This document shows, in pieces, positions 49,186-58,650 of a stretch of 64,000 nt of DNA (the first letter of the stretch is position 1; each line of letters opens with the position of its first letter). Origin of the DNA: a virus. Made by a program: the position numbers and the translations under genes. The stretch spans positions 1-64,000 of IMG/VR virus record IMGVR_UViG_3300037225_001468; one strand, given 5' to 3'. The notes beneath the pieces are model-generated. The model saw nothing but the letters and a program-made list of their open reading frames with translations. It searched no databases and was not told where the DNA came from.

Positions 49186-49251
49186 AATTATTATGTCGAT
49201 ATAATTGATGTATATATTTTGAGATTATTTTTGTAAAACAAGGAGAAAAAC

Positions 49252-49602
49252 ATGACAAACTCAAAAGAAAACGTGAACGGAAATGTAAAAACACCTTTTA
49301 GTAATTCTAGTGATCCGGCTTTTCTTGCTGTTAAAGGTAATTTTGAAAACAAGGATGACGCCAAGGCTTATGTAAAAGATTTAGCTAAAGCTGTTTTTGT
49401 TGTATTTCAAAAGCTTAATACAGCAAAACTTCGTTGTATTGGTGCAGCATCACTGAATAATGCGATTAAGGCTACGATTATTGCTTCTGGAGAAGCAAAG
49501 AAAAAGAGTTTGAATTTTGCTATAGTTCCATCATTTACTACTGTTCAATTTGATGGAGGAGAAGATAGAACTGCTGTAGTATTAGAAGTCGTTAAGATTT
49601 GA
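49252..49602 (+). CDS. spoVS: SpoVS-family (Alba-like) protein
   Basis: LAKAV, LRCIGAASLNNAIKA.IIA.G, PSFTTV...GEDRTAV. Confidence 0.8.
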   Translation: MTNSKENVNGNVKTPFSNSSDPAFLAVKGNFENKDDAKAYVKDLAKAVFVVFQKLNTAKLRCIGAASLNNAIKATIIASGEAKKKSLNFAIVPSFTTVQFDGGEDRTAVVLEVVKI

Positions 49603-49613
49603 TTTTGCACAAA

Positions 49614-49648
49614 AAATAGTAAGTCAGAAATGATTTGCTATTTGTTTT
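49614..49648 (+). terminator. 13-bp stem / GAAA tetraloop hairpin followed by GTTTT
   Basis: aaatagtaagtca-GAAA-tgatttgctattt pairs fully, with two G-U pairs; lies just after the spoVS stop. Confidence 0.6.
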
Positions 49649-49659
49649 AATGAGGATAA

Positions 49660-50262
49660 ATGTTGATGTTAAATCAAAAAAAAATAGCAGACATAATAGA
49701 AACGAAGCAGTCTATTCCATTAGATAATGAGATGGAAATAGAAGATGTCATTGTAGCCATAAGCGGTTTAGATAAAAAATTAAATTTTCTTGCCAAATTA
49801 AAAAAGAATAGGGTAGAAAAAATAGATGAAGAAATAGAAAAGTTTGAAGAAAGAAAAAAATTATTAAAGCAAGTTATAGAAGATACTCTTAAAAAGTTTA
49901 ACTATAAATCTTTGAATTTTCCGGGAATTGGTAGAGTGATTATGAAAAATCCACAATCTAAGTGGACAATAATAAATGAAGAAGAACTTCTTAAGGTATT
50001 AAAATCTGAACTTGGAAGCGATTATGATAAAATAGTTCAAACTAAGCTTTCGATTATAAAAAAGGAACTTACTGCCTTATTAGATGAATGGGAGAAAACT
50101 AATAAAGTTCCAGCATGTGTAGATAAGGAAATAGGAAATACTATTGTAAATATATCTTACGGAGACCAGATTGAAGAAAAATCTGAAAAAATGGAAGAGA
50201 TAAATGAAAATAGAAAGGACACAGAAGTAAGTAAAGAGAACTTTGATGGAATAGATTTTTAA
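49660..50262 (+). CDS. Gam/Gp157-like host-nuclease inhibitor
   Basis: Coiled coil, then KSLNFPGIGRV, W.I.NEEELL, IIKKEL. Confidence 0.5.
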   Translation: MLMLNQKKIADIIETKQSIPLDNEMEIEDVIVAISGLDKKLNFLAKLKKNRVEKIDEEIEKFEERKKLLKQVIEDTLKKFNYKSLNFPGIGRVIMKNPQSKWTIINEEELLKVLKSELGSDYDKIVQTKLSIIKKELTALLDEWEKTNKVPACVDKEIGNTIVNISYGDQIEEKSEKMEEINENRKDTEVSKENFDGIDF

Positions 50263-50270
50263 GGATATCT

Positions 50271-51041
50271 ATGAAAAAGATAAAAAGAGTTACTGAAGAT
50301 AATAGAGTTAAAATAGCAAATCAAAAATTAAAATCTTTATATAAAAAGATACCTAATACAAATGGTTGTTTAGAAAATCTTAGTAAATGTTGTTCGTATT
50401 GTTGCCAGATACAAAACCCTCAGGTTTTATATTGCGAATTTCTAAATTCTTGGTATAACATTATTACTACGTGGGAGACTGAAGATGTTATTAGATTATT
50501 TGAAAGAGCATTAAGAAATTATTTATCAAACAACATTACTAAAGGTTGTATTTTTTGGGATGAAAATACAAGGTTGTGTAAACAACATAAAACAAGACCG
50601 TATTCTTGTATGATGTATGGAATAACACCTGATGAAGAATTTGCTCCTAGATATGAAAGATTGAAAGCTTTATATAAAGATAGGACTGATGTGTGTTTTA
50701 GAGAACAATGTAATTTAGTTAAAACAGAACATAATAAAAAAGTAAATATTAAGGATACAGGTCACTGGTGGAGATGTTTGAACGAAATAGAACAGGGTTT
50801 AGGAGTAAAGAAAAAAGAGATTAATGATGGACCGGGAGGTTCTTATAGAACATATCATGACCATTTGTTAATTCAGTTGCTTCCTGAAAATATTCTTGAA
50901 CAATTAACTCAAGTTAGATTAGATGGAGATATAATAAGTAAAGAAATGGCAATAAGAAATCTGGTTGATCAGTTGAAACAAAATATAGAAAAAGGCTTTA
51001 AGGGAGATAGAGTAAGTGGCAACGAAGAAACAAAGAGTTAA
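50271..51041 (+). CDS. YkgJ/CxxCxxCC-family Fe-S or Zn protein
   Basis: C....CCSYCC, CIFWD....CKQH.TRPYSCMMYG. Confidence 0.75.
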   Translation: MKKIKRVTEDNRVKIANQKLKSLYKKIPNTNGCLENLSKCCSYCCQIQNPQVLYCEFLNSWYNIITTWETEDVIRLFERALRNYLSNNITKGCIFWDENTRLCKQHKTRPYSCMMYGITPDEEFAPRYERLKALYKDRTDVCFREQCNLVKTEHNKKVNIKDTGHWWRCLNEIEQGLGVKKKEINDGPGGSYRTYHDHLLIQLLPENILEQLTQVRLDGDIISKEMAIRNLVDQLKQNIEKGFKGDRVSGNEETKS

Positions 51042-51375
51042 GATTTTAGATACTAAATATACTAAAAAATCTAATTTAGTAGAATGGTTAGTTGAGTTGG
51101 AAAATAAAGATCAATTGGTTTTAGCGTTACCTGGAGATGATATAGGGCCATCTATAGGTATTAAGGGACATATGACCACTGAACAAATAAAAGAGCTTTG
51201 TGAAAAAATAAAGGGTAAAGAAGTTAATTTGATTATAGAGGGAGATCAAAAAGAAATACCGAAACTTAAAGATATGACTAATGATCAAATTCAAAAACTC
51301 AGTGATGAAATGGATAAGTTTCCTTTTCATGAGGTTATCAGTGAGATCAATAAATCAGAGAAAGATGAAAAGTGA
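51016..51375 (+). CDS. Hypothetical protein
   Basis: 119 aa, GTG start after GGAG. Confidence 0.65.
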   Translation: MATKKQRVKILDTKYTKKSNLVEWLVELENKDQLVLALPGDDIGPSIGIKGHMTTEQIKELCEKIKGKEVNLIIEGDQKEIPKLKDMTNDQIQKLSDEMDKFPFHEVISEINKSEKDEK

Positions 51376-51680
51376 AAATCTATTTTTTTGGTAGCAATCA
51401 ATGTAAGAATTGTATTAAACAGTTGAGAAGTATAAAAAAAGAGCATATAATACTTCCAGTTAACGGATTGTTTTTGTATGTAGATGCTTTTGATATGGAT
51501 AACGAAAACATTTGTAATGAGCATAATATTGATGAAATACCTCATACTAAAGTTTATGATGATAATGAAGTATTAGTTTTTGATAAAATAGGATTATTTG
51601 ATCCAAAAAGACTTTGGGATAAAATATATCCTGACGAAAATAAAAGAAAAATCGCAATAGAAAAATCTAAAAGGATGTGA
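51372..51680 (+). CDS. Thioredoxin/glutaredoxin-like protein
   Basis: CKNC, YVDA, NIDEIPH (cis-Pro loop). Confidence 0.65.
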   Translation: MKIYFFGSNQCKNCIKQLRSIKKEHIILPVNGLFLYVDAFDMDNENICNEHNIDEIPHTKVYDDNEVLVFDKIGLFDPKRLWDKIYPDENKRKIAIEKSKRM

Positions 51681-51685
51681 TATAA

Positions 51686-53605
51686 ATGGAAGAGTTAAAT
51701 GAACAACAAAAGATTGTCATAGAGCATCTTGATGGTCCTTGTTTGGTTATAGCATCTCCGGGAAGTGGAAAAACTAAGACTATAGTTGAAAGAACTATTA
51801 AACTTATAGAAAAAGGGATAAGTTCTCATAATATACTTTGTATAACTTTTACCAATAAAGCTGCGAAAGAGATGAAAGATAGAATATGTAAAAGATTAAG
51901 AATAACAAAAGCTGATTTTTTTATTGGAACATTTCATTCATTATGCGCGAATATAATAAGAACATATGGTAGTAAAATAGGTTATACAGATAAATTATCT
52001 ATAATGGATGAAAGTGACCAGGTTCATTTAATAGAAAAGATTATTAGACAAAAAGGCAAGAGTAAAAAAGATGATAATATTGATGTTGAAAAAATAATAA
52101 ATATATTAAATCATAGCAGAGAAAGATTGGAAACTGAAGAAGAGATTTTATCTAACTTTAAGGATGTGTTATTTGAAGAGATAGCAAAAGAATATCTTAA
52201 ACAAATTAAAGAAAATAATTTAATAGACTTTAGTGGATTATTGTATGAAGCTGTAAATTTGTTAAAAAATCATAATGATGTATTACAGAAATTACAATCT
52301 CTTTTCTTATACATACAGGTAGATGAAGTTCAGGATACAAATTATACTCAATTTGCTTTAGTAAATCTCTTGGAAGGAGAAAAGGCTAATATAATGATGG
52401 TGGGAGATCTGGATCAAAGTATCTATAAATTTCGTGGGGCAAGATATCAGAATATTTTAGATTTTCTAAAACTACATCCTAATTGTAAAAAGATAACACT
52501 TGGAAAAAATTATCGTTCAACTCCTCAGATAGTTGCTTGTGCAGACAAGCTAATAAAGCACAATAAATCTCATATGGCAGAGTTTTTTGAAACTGACAAT
52601 CCTGATGGAGAAGAGGTTTCTTGTAATAAACATTTTGATGCCACATATGAAGCTCAATCTGTTGCGAAAAAAATAAAGTATTATATAAACGAATTGGGAT
52701 GGGATTATTCTGATATCGCAATACTTTATAGGTTAAATAGGTTATCACTAGAGCTTCAATCTGCTTTTTCTGTTGAAGGTATTCCTTTCACGGTTATTGG
52801 AGGATTTAACTTCTTTGACAGAAAAGAAGTTAAAGACACTTTATCTATGTTAAAATTTGCTTCTAATGATAAAGATACTGTAGCATTTAGTAGAATAGCA
52901 GGTCTATTTAAGGGTATGGGAGATGTGAATATTGGCTCTATAGAAAATCTTTCAAAATCTAATGGTATTAGTTTATTAGATGTATGTAAGAGAATAGATG
53001 AGTTTTCTAATAAAGTGGCAGTAAAAAATGCTGCTAAAAAGATTTATGAAGCTTTTGGCATAGATTTTTCTTCTATGAATTCTGGTGATTGTATGGCTTA
53101 TTTGGTAAACAAGTTAGACTATCTAAACTATTTACAATTACATGAAAAGCAAGAAGGAGAGGCAATTGAGAGAACGGACAATGTTAACGAGTTAATAGTA
53201 AATGCTACAGAGTTCAGTAAAAAGAATAATAAAATTGAAGCATATTTACAGAATATCTCTTTAATTACAGCAAGTGATAAAGAGGGAAATGAAAACTCTG
53301 TATTACTAATGACAGGACACGCTTCAAAAGGTCTTGAATTTCCGATAGTATTTGTTGTTGGAATTGAACAGGGAATACTTCCTCATGATTGGCCTATTAT
53401 GGAAGCAGATACAAAAGAGAAAAAAGAGGAAGCACTTGAAGAAGAGAGAAGGATTTTATATGTCTCTCAAACGAGATGTAAAAAACACTTAAATCTATCG
53501 TATTGTCAAAACAGGAAGTTTAGAGGTAAAAACGGTGCTTTTATGTATAAAAAAGCTTTTCCAAGTCAGTTTCTTAAAGAATGTGGTTTTGAAATTAAGG
53601 AGTGA
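51686..53605 (+). CDS. uvrD: UvrD/PcrA SF1 helicase
   Basis: ASPGSGKT, TFTNKAA, VDEVQDTN, VGDLDQSIY.FRGA, NYRS, HASKGLEF, EERR..YV..TR. Confidence 0.95.
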   Translation: MEELNEQQKIVIEHLDGPCLVIASPGSGKTKTIVERTIKLIEKGISSHNILCITFTNKAAKEMKDRICKRLRITKADFFIGTFHSLCANIIRTYGSKIGYTDKLSIMDESDQVHLIEKIIRQKGKSKKDDNIDVEKIINILNHSRERLETEEEILSNFKDVLFEEIAKEYLKQIKENNLIDFSGLLYEAVNLLKNHNDVLQKLQSLFLYIQVDEVQDTNYTQFALVNLLEGEKANIMMVGDLDQSIYKFRGARYQNILDFLKLHPNCKKITLGKNYRSTPQIVACADKLIKHNKSHMAEFFETDNPDGEEVSCNKHFDATYEAQSVAKKIKYYINELGWDYSDIAILYRLNRLSLELQSAFSVEGIPFTVIGGFNFFDRKEVKDTLSMLKFASNDKDTVAFSRIAGLFKGMGDVNIGSIENLSKSNGISLLDVCKRIDEFSNKVAVKNAAKKIYEAFGIDFSSMNSGDCMAYLVNKLDYLNYLQLHEKQEGEAIERTDNVNELIVNATEFSKKNNKIEAYLQNISLITASDKEGNENSVLLMTGHASKGLEFPIVFVVGIEQGILPHDWPIMEADTKEKKEEALEEERRILYVSQTRCKKHLNLSYCQNRKFRGKNGAFMYKKAFPSQFLKECGFEIKE

Positions 53606-54021
53606 AGAAAATGGAAGAAAACAAACCTGATGATCAGAAAATCATGATGAAATATAAAGCTTTTATGCACTGTTTCCCAGCATTGATGAGTTTGCCAGGT
53701 GCTGAAAAAAAGTTTAAAACTATATGTTTGTATTTTCAAGATCAAGAAATAGAGGGTCCAGCTTATAGTGAGAGTTTTGCTATTACCAAAGACGATGCCT
53801 GGAAGTTGGTATTAGATGTTTTAAGGGGGTTATGTGATATGGGAGAGCCTTTGGCTGAAAAATTTATGAGTGATTATTTCAAAGAAAAACAAGAAGAAAG
53901 AAAAAAAAAGACTAACATTAAAAAGAAAAGAAAGAAAAAGAAAGATTTTCCAAAAAACGATCAGGGATATCCAGAGAACAATGAAACTGAAGATGGAGGA
54001 GAGGACATAAGAACGGATTAA
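53602..54021 (+). CDS. Hypothetical protein with Lys-rich tract
   Basis: 139 aa; KKKRKKKK. Confidence 0.65.
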   Translation: MKKMEENKPDDQKIMMKYKAFMHCFPALMSLPGAEKKFKTICLYFQDQEIEGPAYSESFAITKDDAWKLVLDVLRGLCDMGEPLAEKFMSDYFKEKQEERKKKTNIKKKRKKKKDFPKNDQGYPENNETEDGGEDIRTD

Positions 54022-54026
54022 ATGTT

Positions 54027-54455
54027 ATGAATACGATAGAATGTCTTCATGTTTGTATTCCTTCTCCTAAAGATTATATAACTATATCTGAAAATAGTAA
54101 TAGAATAAATATAAATGAGATAGAAAAGATATCTATTGATATGGGAAGGAGAAATGTTGAACTTGTATTTTGGCTTTCTACAACTGTTGTGATGCTTATT
54201 CCGGTTTTTTATAAGGGAGCAATAGAGACAAGTCCAATAGAGTGTAATGTTTCTGGAAAATTCTATAATACAAAAACTAATACAATTATATCTTTTCCTT
54301 GCGAAATAATTTTGGTAGCTTATAATTCACAGAGACATGCGTATATGGTAAAATGTAAAATAGATATATCTCCTATCATTAAAGAAGTAAAACTTCAAGA
54401 TTTTAAAAATCTTAAAAAAGAAGATAGTCAGTTCAAATTTATCGAGGTTGAATAA
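54027..54455 (+). CDS. Hypothetical protein
   Basis: 142-aa ORF coupled to the next gene. Confidence 0.65.
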   Translation: MNTIECLHVCIPSPKDYITISENSNRININEIEKISIDMGRRNVELVFWLSTTVVMLIPVFYKGAIETSPIECNVSGKFYNTKTNTIISFPCEIILVAYNSQRHAYMVKCKIDISPIIKEVKLQDFKNLKKEDSQFKFIEVE

Positions 54456-55204
54456 TGAGAATAAAAGACTTACAAGATAAATATAAAGGGAAGATGGGAT
54501 TTGTTGTAGGTTCTGGTCCATCTTTACACTTTCAGGATGTTTCAAAAATGATGAATTATCCTGTTATTTGTGTAAATTCATCTATATTAAAATTTGCGCA
54601 AAAAAATAAAGATTTGTATTTTTTGGCAGATGATTGGTCTGTGAAAACTTGGAGCTACTTTTATGAATTGTCAAACATAAATTGTATAAACTTATTGTAT
54701 AAAGAAAAATTAGAAAAATATTCAAAACATTTAGATGAAAACAAAATTATTTGGTTTAACCATAAAACTTGGTATAATGTAGAAAAGAGAGAATATCCTA
54801 AAGATGGGTTATTTCTAACTAAAGATGTTGAACTTCCAATAATAGGAGCGAGAACTGCTGTGGGGTCAGCAATTCATTTTGCATATATTATGGGATATGA
54901 TCCAATTGTTGTGACGGGAATAGACTGTTCGTATCGAGATGGTAAAAAATATTACTGGCAGTATAATAATGAACCACAAGTTTATTTAATGGAAAATAAA
55001 AATAGTAAAATTATTTGTAATAGTATAAATAATCAAGATGTTCATACTTTAGAGTTTATTAAATATTTTATTCAATTATCAGAACAAACTAAAAAGCAAA
55101 ATATAAATATTATAGATGTTTCTGGTGGTGTTTTGAAGTGCTTTAATAAGATGAAATATGATGAAGTTTTTGAAAGATATGGAGAAAAAAATGAAAAGTG
55201 TTAA
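54455..55204 (+). CDS. DUF115/Maf-type (MptE-like fold) putative nonulosonic acid transferase
   Basis: VVGSGPSL, ICVNS, ADD, T...SAIHFAYIMGYDPIVVTGIDC. Confidence 0.7.
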   Translation: MRIKDLQDKYKGKMGFVVGSGPSLHFQDVSKMMNYPVICVNSSILKFAQKNKDLYFLADDWSVKTWSYFYELSNINCINLLYKEKLEKYSKHLDENKIIWFNHKTWYNVEKREYPKDGLFLTKDVELPIIGARTAVGSAIHFAYIMGYDPIVVTGIDCSYRDGKKYYWQYNNEPQVYLMENKNSKIICNSINNQDVHTLEFIKYFIQLSEQTKKQNINIIDVSGGVLKCFNKMKYDEVFERYGEKNEKC

Positions 55205-55574
55205 ATGTATTATTTGCGAAAAAGAATTAGAAAAAGATGTTACTCTTGGTGATGTAAAACCAACAGATATAATTGAACCTATTTATGATGGATTATCTTG
55301 TCGTTCTTATGGAAACTATGGAAGTCAAGTTTATGACCCTATGGCTGATGGACAATTTTTGTTATTTTATATTTGTGATGATTGTATGGTTAAAAAGGGA
55401 GATTTGGTGACATATGTTAGATATATTAAAAAATCTATAAATTTAGATGAAAAAACTTTTTCTCAAAAAATAAAAGAAGATCAAGAAAATGAGAAAAAAT
55501 ATAAAAAAAGTGATTTATCAAAAAAATTTGACGATATGAACAGGTCTTTAAGAAAAAATATATCAAGGAGATAA
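55191..55574 (+). CDS. Zinc-finger hypothetical protein
   Basis: CIIC, GNYGS..YDP, ICDDC; start ATG 55191 after GGAG. Confidence 0.65.
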   Translation: MKSVKCIICEKELEKDVTLGDVKPTDIIEPIYDGLSCRSYGNYGSQVYDPMADGQFLLFYICDDCMVKKGDLVTYVRYIKKSINLDEKTFSQKIKEDQENEKKYKKSDLSKKFDDMNRSLRKNISRR

Positions 55575-55577
55575 GGG

Positions 55578-56312
55578 ATGCTCGATGGAAAAAAGATACT
55601 CGCAATCATTTTGGCTCGAAAAAATAGTGTCGGCCTTCCGGGTAAAAATTATAGAAAACTATGTGGTAAACCTCTTTTTATATGGTCGGTTATCGCTGCT
55701 ATAAATAGTAAATATGTAGATGCTGTTGTAGTGTCGAGTTGTTGCACTGTAGTTAAAAAGGATTTTTTTAATTATGTAAATAATTTGTATGGAAATAATA
55801 AAGTAATTGAGTTTATAGATAGAGATGAGAAGCTAAATGGTCCTCAAGTTAAAAATGAACCTGTGATGATAGATGCTTATGATAAAATGGTAAAGATAAA
55901 TAGTTTTTATGCTGATATTATTGTATCTTTACAGCCAACTTCTCCAGTTAGAACAAATAATTTAATAGATCAATGTTTGGAAAAATACAAGTTAGATAAA
56001 GCTGATAGTTTGGTGACGGTATCTAAAAATTATCCTTTTATATTTCATCAACACGATGAAAGGGCTACTTGTCCAAATATGTATTTCACAGACAGACCTA
56101 TGAGACAAGAAATTAGAGATTGGCAATTTGCTCTAATAGATAATGGTAATGTTTATATAACAAAGAAAGATATATTATTAAACCATAATAATAGGTTAGG
56201 AGGACGCATAACAACTTATGTGACAGATAAATATCAGAGTTTACAGATAGATGATCTTGAAGATTTTAATCTAATAGAAAAAATGGCTGAGATATATCAA
56301 GAAATTATTTAA
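55578..56312 (+). CDS. neuA: Acylneuraminate cytidylyltransferase (CMP-nonulosonate synthetase)
   Basis: IILAR..S.GLPGKN...L.GKPL, LQPTSP.R, NGNVY, S.QIDD..DF. Confidence 0.9.
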   Translation: MLDGKKILAIILARKNSVGLPGKNYRKLCGKPLFIWSVIAAINSKYVDAVVVSSCCTVVKKDFFNYVNNLYGNNKVIEFIDRDEKLNGPQVKNEPVMIDAYDKMVKINSFYADIIVSLQPTSPVRTNNLIDQCLEKYKLDKADSLVTVSKNYPFIFHQHDERATCPNMYFTDRPMRQEIRDWQFALIDNGNVYITKKDILLNHNNRLGGRITTYVTDKYQSLQIDDLEDFNLIEKMAEIYQEII

Positions 56313-56320
56313 TTATTTTT

Positions 56321-56809
56321 ATGCGCAATAAATATAAAACAGAAAGTGAAGAATTGTTTAACTACTTACAAGAAGTTTTGCCGGGGGACTGGAAGGTAAT
56401 AGAAAATAGTTCTAATAAAATAAGTAGCGTCTTAACTGAAGCGGGAGTGAATATTCCGCATAGTAAAATGGGAGGTAGTTATGCTATTTATTTTTATGAT
56501 TTTGCTTATTTTGTTTTAGGGAAATATGATAGATTTCAGGTTTTTATTGTAAGAGATAAAGAGAGAAGTGAAAACAAATATAAGTATAATCTTTTTATCT
56601 TATATTATGACGAATTAGATCCGATTTTTACTCATAAATCAAAAGACTATAAAGAATGTGTGGATTTTTTATTTGTATTTTCTATTAGGGCAAGAACATT
56701 TTTTGGTGAAATACTGAAAAATTCGCATAAAAAGGATATGAATGAAATAATAAACTCGCCAAATGAAAAAGCAGAAAGAAACTTTTCGTTTTTAGAGATT
56801 AAGGAATAA
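56321..56809 (+). CDS. Hypothetical protein
   Basis: 162 aa; its 3' end overlaps the convergent neuB by 11 nt. Confidence 0.6.
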   Translation: MRNKYKTESEELFNYLQEVLPGDWKVIENSSNKISSVLTEAGVNIPHSKMGGSYAIYFYDFAYFVLGKYDRFQVFIVRDKERSENKYKYNLFILYYDELDPIFTHKSKDYKECVDFLFVFSIRARTFFGEILKNSHKKDMNEIINSPNEKAERNFSFLEIKE

Positions 56810-57644
56810 CTCTTAGTTTCTTTCTATTTTTTATTTCTCCTTCAGTTAAATCTATGTTTTTATATTGAAGTGCTTTGTGTGTTGCTTTTAGATCTCTTAC
56901 AAGTTTATACAAACCATCTCTTTCTAGAGAAGCACTGTGATCATTTCCTTTAGCCGTTCGATCTAATGTAAAGTGTCGTTCAAACCAAGAGCAGCCTAAA
57001 GTGTAAGCAGCTATATCGACTGCTATACCAAGATTATGTCCGCTAAAGCCTTTAGTAAAAGAATTAGGTATTTGTGATATTTCTAAAAGAAACAAATCTT
57101 CAAATTTAACAGGATAGTCTGATGTTGTCCAATATAAAACTATTCTTTTTCTAAAATCATAAAGAAAGCCATAAAGTTTATTTAACTCTTCTTTAGTTGA
57201 CATTCCTAATGAAATATGTATATCTCCATTATATTTATTTAATAGAGTTTTTATTAGATCGTAGTTGTTATTACAGGCAGAAGGAACTTTAATATAATCA
57301 GGATTTAATGAAATTATTTCTTCTGCTGAGGGTATATCCCAAACCGAACAAGAGTATTTTATTCCTATTTCATCACAATATTTTTTTAGTTCTTTATGAG
57401 TTTCTATATTAAACTCTAAAAACTTACGATGTTGAAGGTAGGTTTCGCCAAAAGAGTGCATTGGACAGGAGTGAGGCTGATTTTGAATTTCTTTTGGAAC
57501 ACAAATTTCAGGAACTCTTTTTTGAAACTTTACATAGTCGGCATTACATAATTTTGCCATTTTAATAAGTTCTTTTGCTGTTTCCGGATTGCCTTGATGA
57601 TTTGCGCATAGTTCAGCGATGGTTTTTGGACTTTTATATTCCAT
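56799..57644 (-). CDS. neuB: N-acetylneuraminate/nonulosonate(-9-P) synthase, short form without SAF domain
   Basis: IAEL..NHQG, VKFQKR, IKVPSA, ISLGMS, GFSGH, ERHFTLDR...G.DH.ASLE. Likely start at 57644 (ORF track gives 57683). Confidence 0.92.
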   Translation of the reverse strand: MEYKSPKTIAELCANHQGNPETAKELIKMAKLCNADYVKFQKRVPEICVPKEIQNQPHSCPMHSFGETYLQHRKFLEFNIETHKELKKYCDEIGIKYSCSVWDIPSAEEIISLNPDYIKVPSACNNNYDLIKTLLNKYNGDIHISLGMSTKEELNKLYGFLYDFRKRIVLYWTTSDYPVKFEDLFLLEISQIPNSFTKGFSGHNLGIAVDIAAYTLGCSWFERHFTLDRTAKGNDHSASLERDGLYKLVRDLKATHKALQYKNIDLTEGEIKNRKKLRVIP

Positions 57645-57912
57645 TTTTTTGCTTTCTGAAAAATTGAGGATATAATATTTCATCGGCAGAAAAGTGGCGA
57701 AAAGGTAAATAGAATATGTGGAGCAGTAAGATTTTGTTCTAATGGATTACCATCATTGGTAAAATGTATGTTTGAAAACCTTTTAGACGCACATAGAATG
57801 GCAGAAAAAGATTATGAAAAAAATATAAAGGTAGGTAATATTAAAGTCGATAAAAACTTTTATAACTCGTTAATAGTAAAAGATAGCATATACATGTGAA
57901 TAGGAGAAAAAT

Positions 57913-58650
57913 ATGGAAATAATATATGATAATGCTGATGATGCTCACTATGTCTACTTTGATAATATATCGGTATATGTGATATATCATCCTAAAATAG
58001 ATAATAAACAGATTGATAAATGGGTGGTATATAGGGAGCAATACGATGCTGGTCATTTAGTCTATAATAAAAATAAACAAGTAAAGTTAATTGTTTCAAT
58101 GTGGGGCGATGAGTTTTGGGAAACATTACCACTTAATATACAATATTTCTTTAATACAATAAAAGAAGCAACAAATATAGCAAGTAGAGATTATTGTGAA
58201 AATATAGAAACTGGAATATACAAAAATAAACAAGATTATTATGTTCCTTTTGCGCAAAAAATAAAAGATGAAAAAATTCATAAAATATTAGATATGATGA
58301 AGTATTTAGATATGACTAGTGTAGAGATGGGTGCTAAAAAAGAATGGTTTCCCAGAAATGCGGTAGCAGATGATGCGAACTTGTGTCTTGGTGTGTGTTT
58401 CAATACAACATGTCCAAAAAAAATACATTTAACGTGTTATTATGTGACATGGGATAAGACGAGTAAATCTTATCATGACAAACTAGAAAGTATATCATTA
58501 TTTAATATAACAGAAGACATTAAGGATGGCATAATAGATCATCTAAAAGAAAAATGTATAAAATTCGCACAAAAGAAAGCATTAGAGAAAATAACGAAAG
58601 AAGAACTTAATAACAATAATCTCTCATATTGCCTTAAGGAACAAAAATGA
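57913..58650 (+). CDS. Hypothetical protein
   Basis: 245 aa, AGGAG SD. Confidence 0.7.
   Translation: MEIIYDNADDAHYVYFDNISVYVIYHPKIDNKQIDKWVVYREQYDAGHLVYNKNKQVKLIVSMWGDEFWETLPLNIQYFFNTIKEATNIASRDYCENIETGIYKNKQDYYVPFAQKIKDEKIHKILDMMKYLDMTSVEMGAKKEWFPRNAVADDANLCLGVCFNTTCPKKIHLTCYYVTWDKTSKSYHDKLESISLFNITEDIKDGIIDHLKEKCIKFAQKKALEKITKEELNNNNLSYCLKEQK

Noticed and set aside
1720-58056. Short minus-strand ORFs in the ORF track (e.g. 14648-14962, 44207-44746, 45140-45733)
   Set aside because: They lie antisense to well-supported + strand genes and have no recognisable motifs; treated as shadow ORFs. Only neuB is accepted on -.
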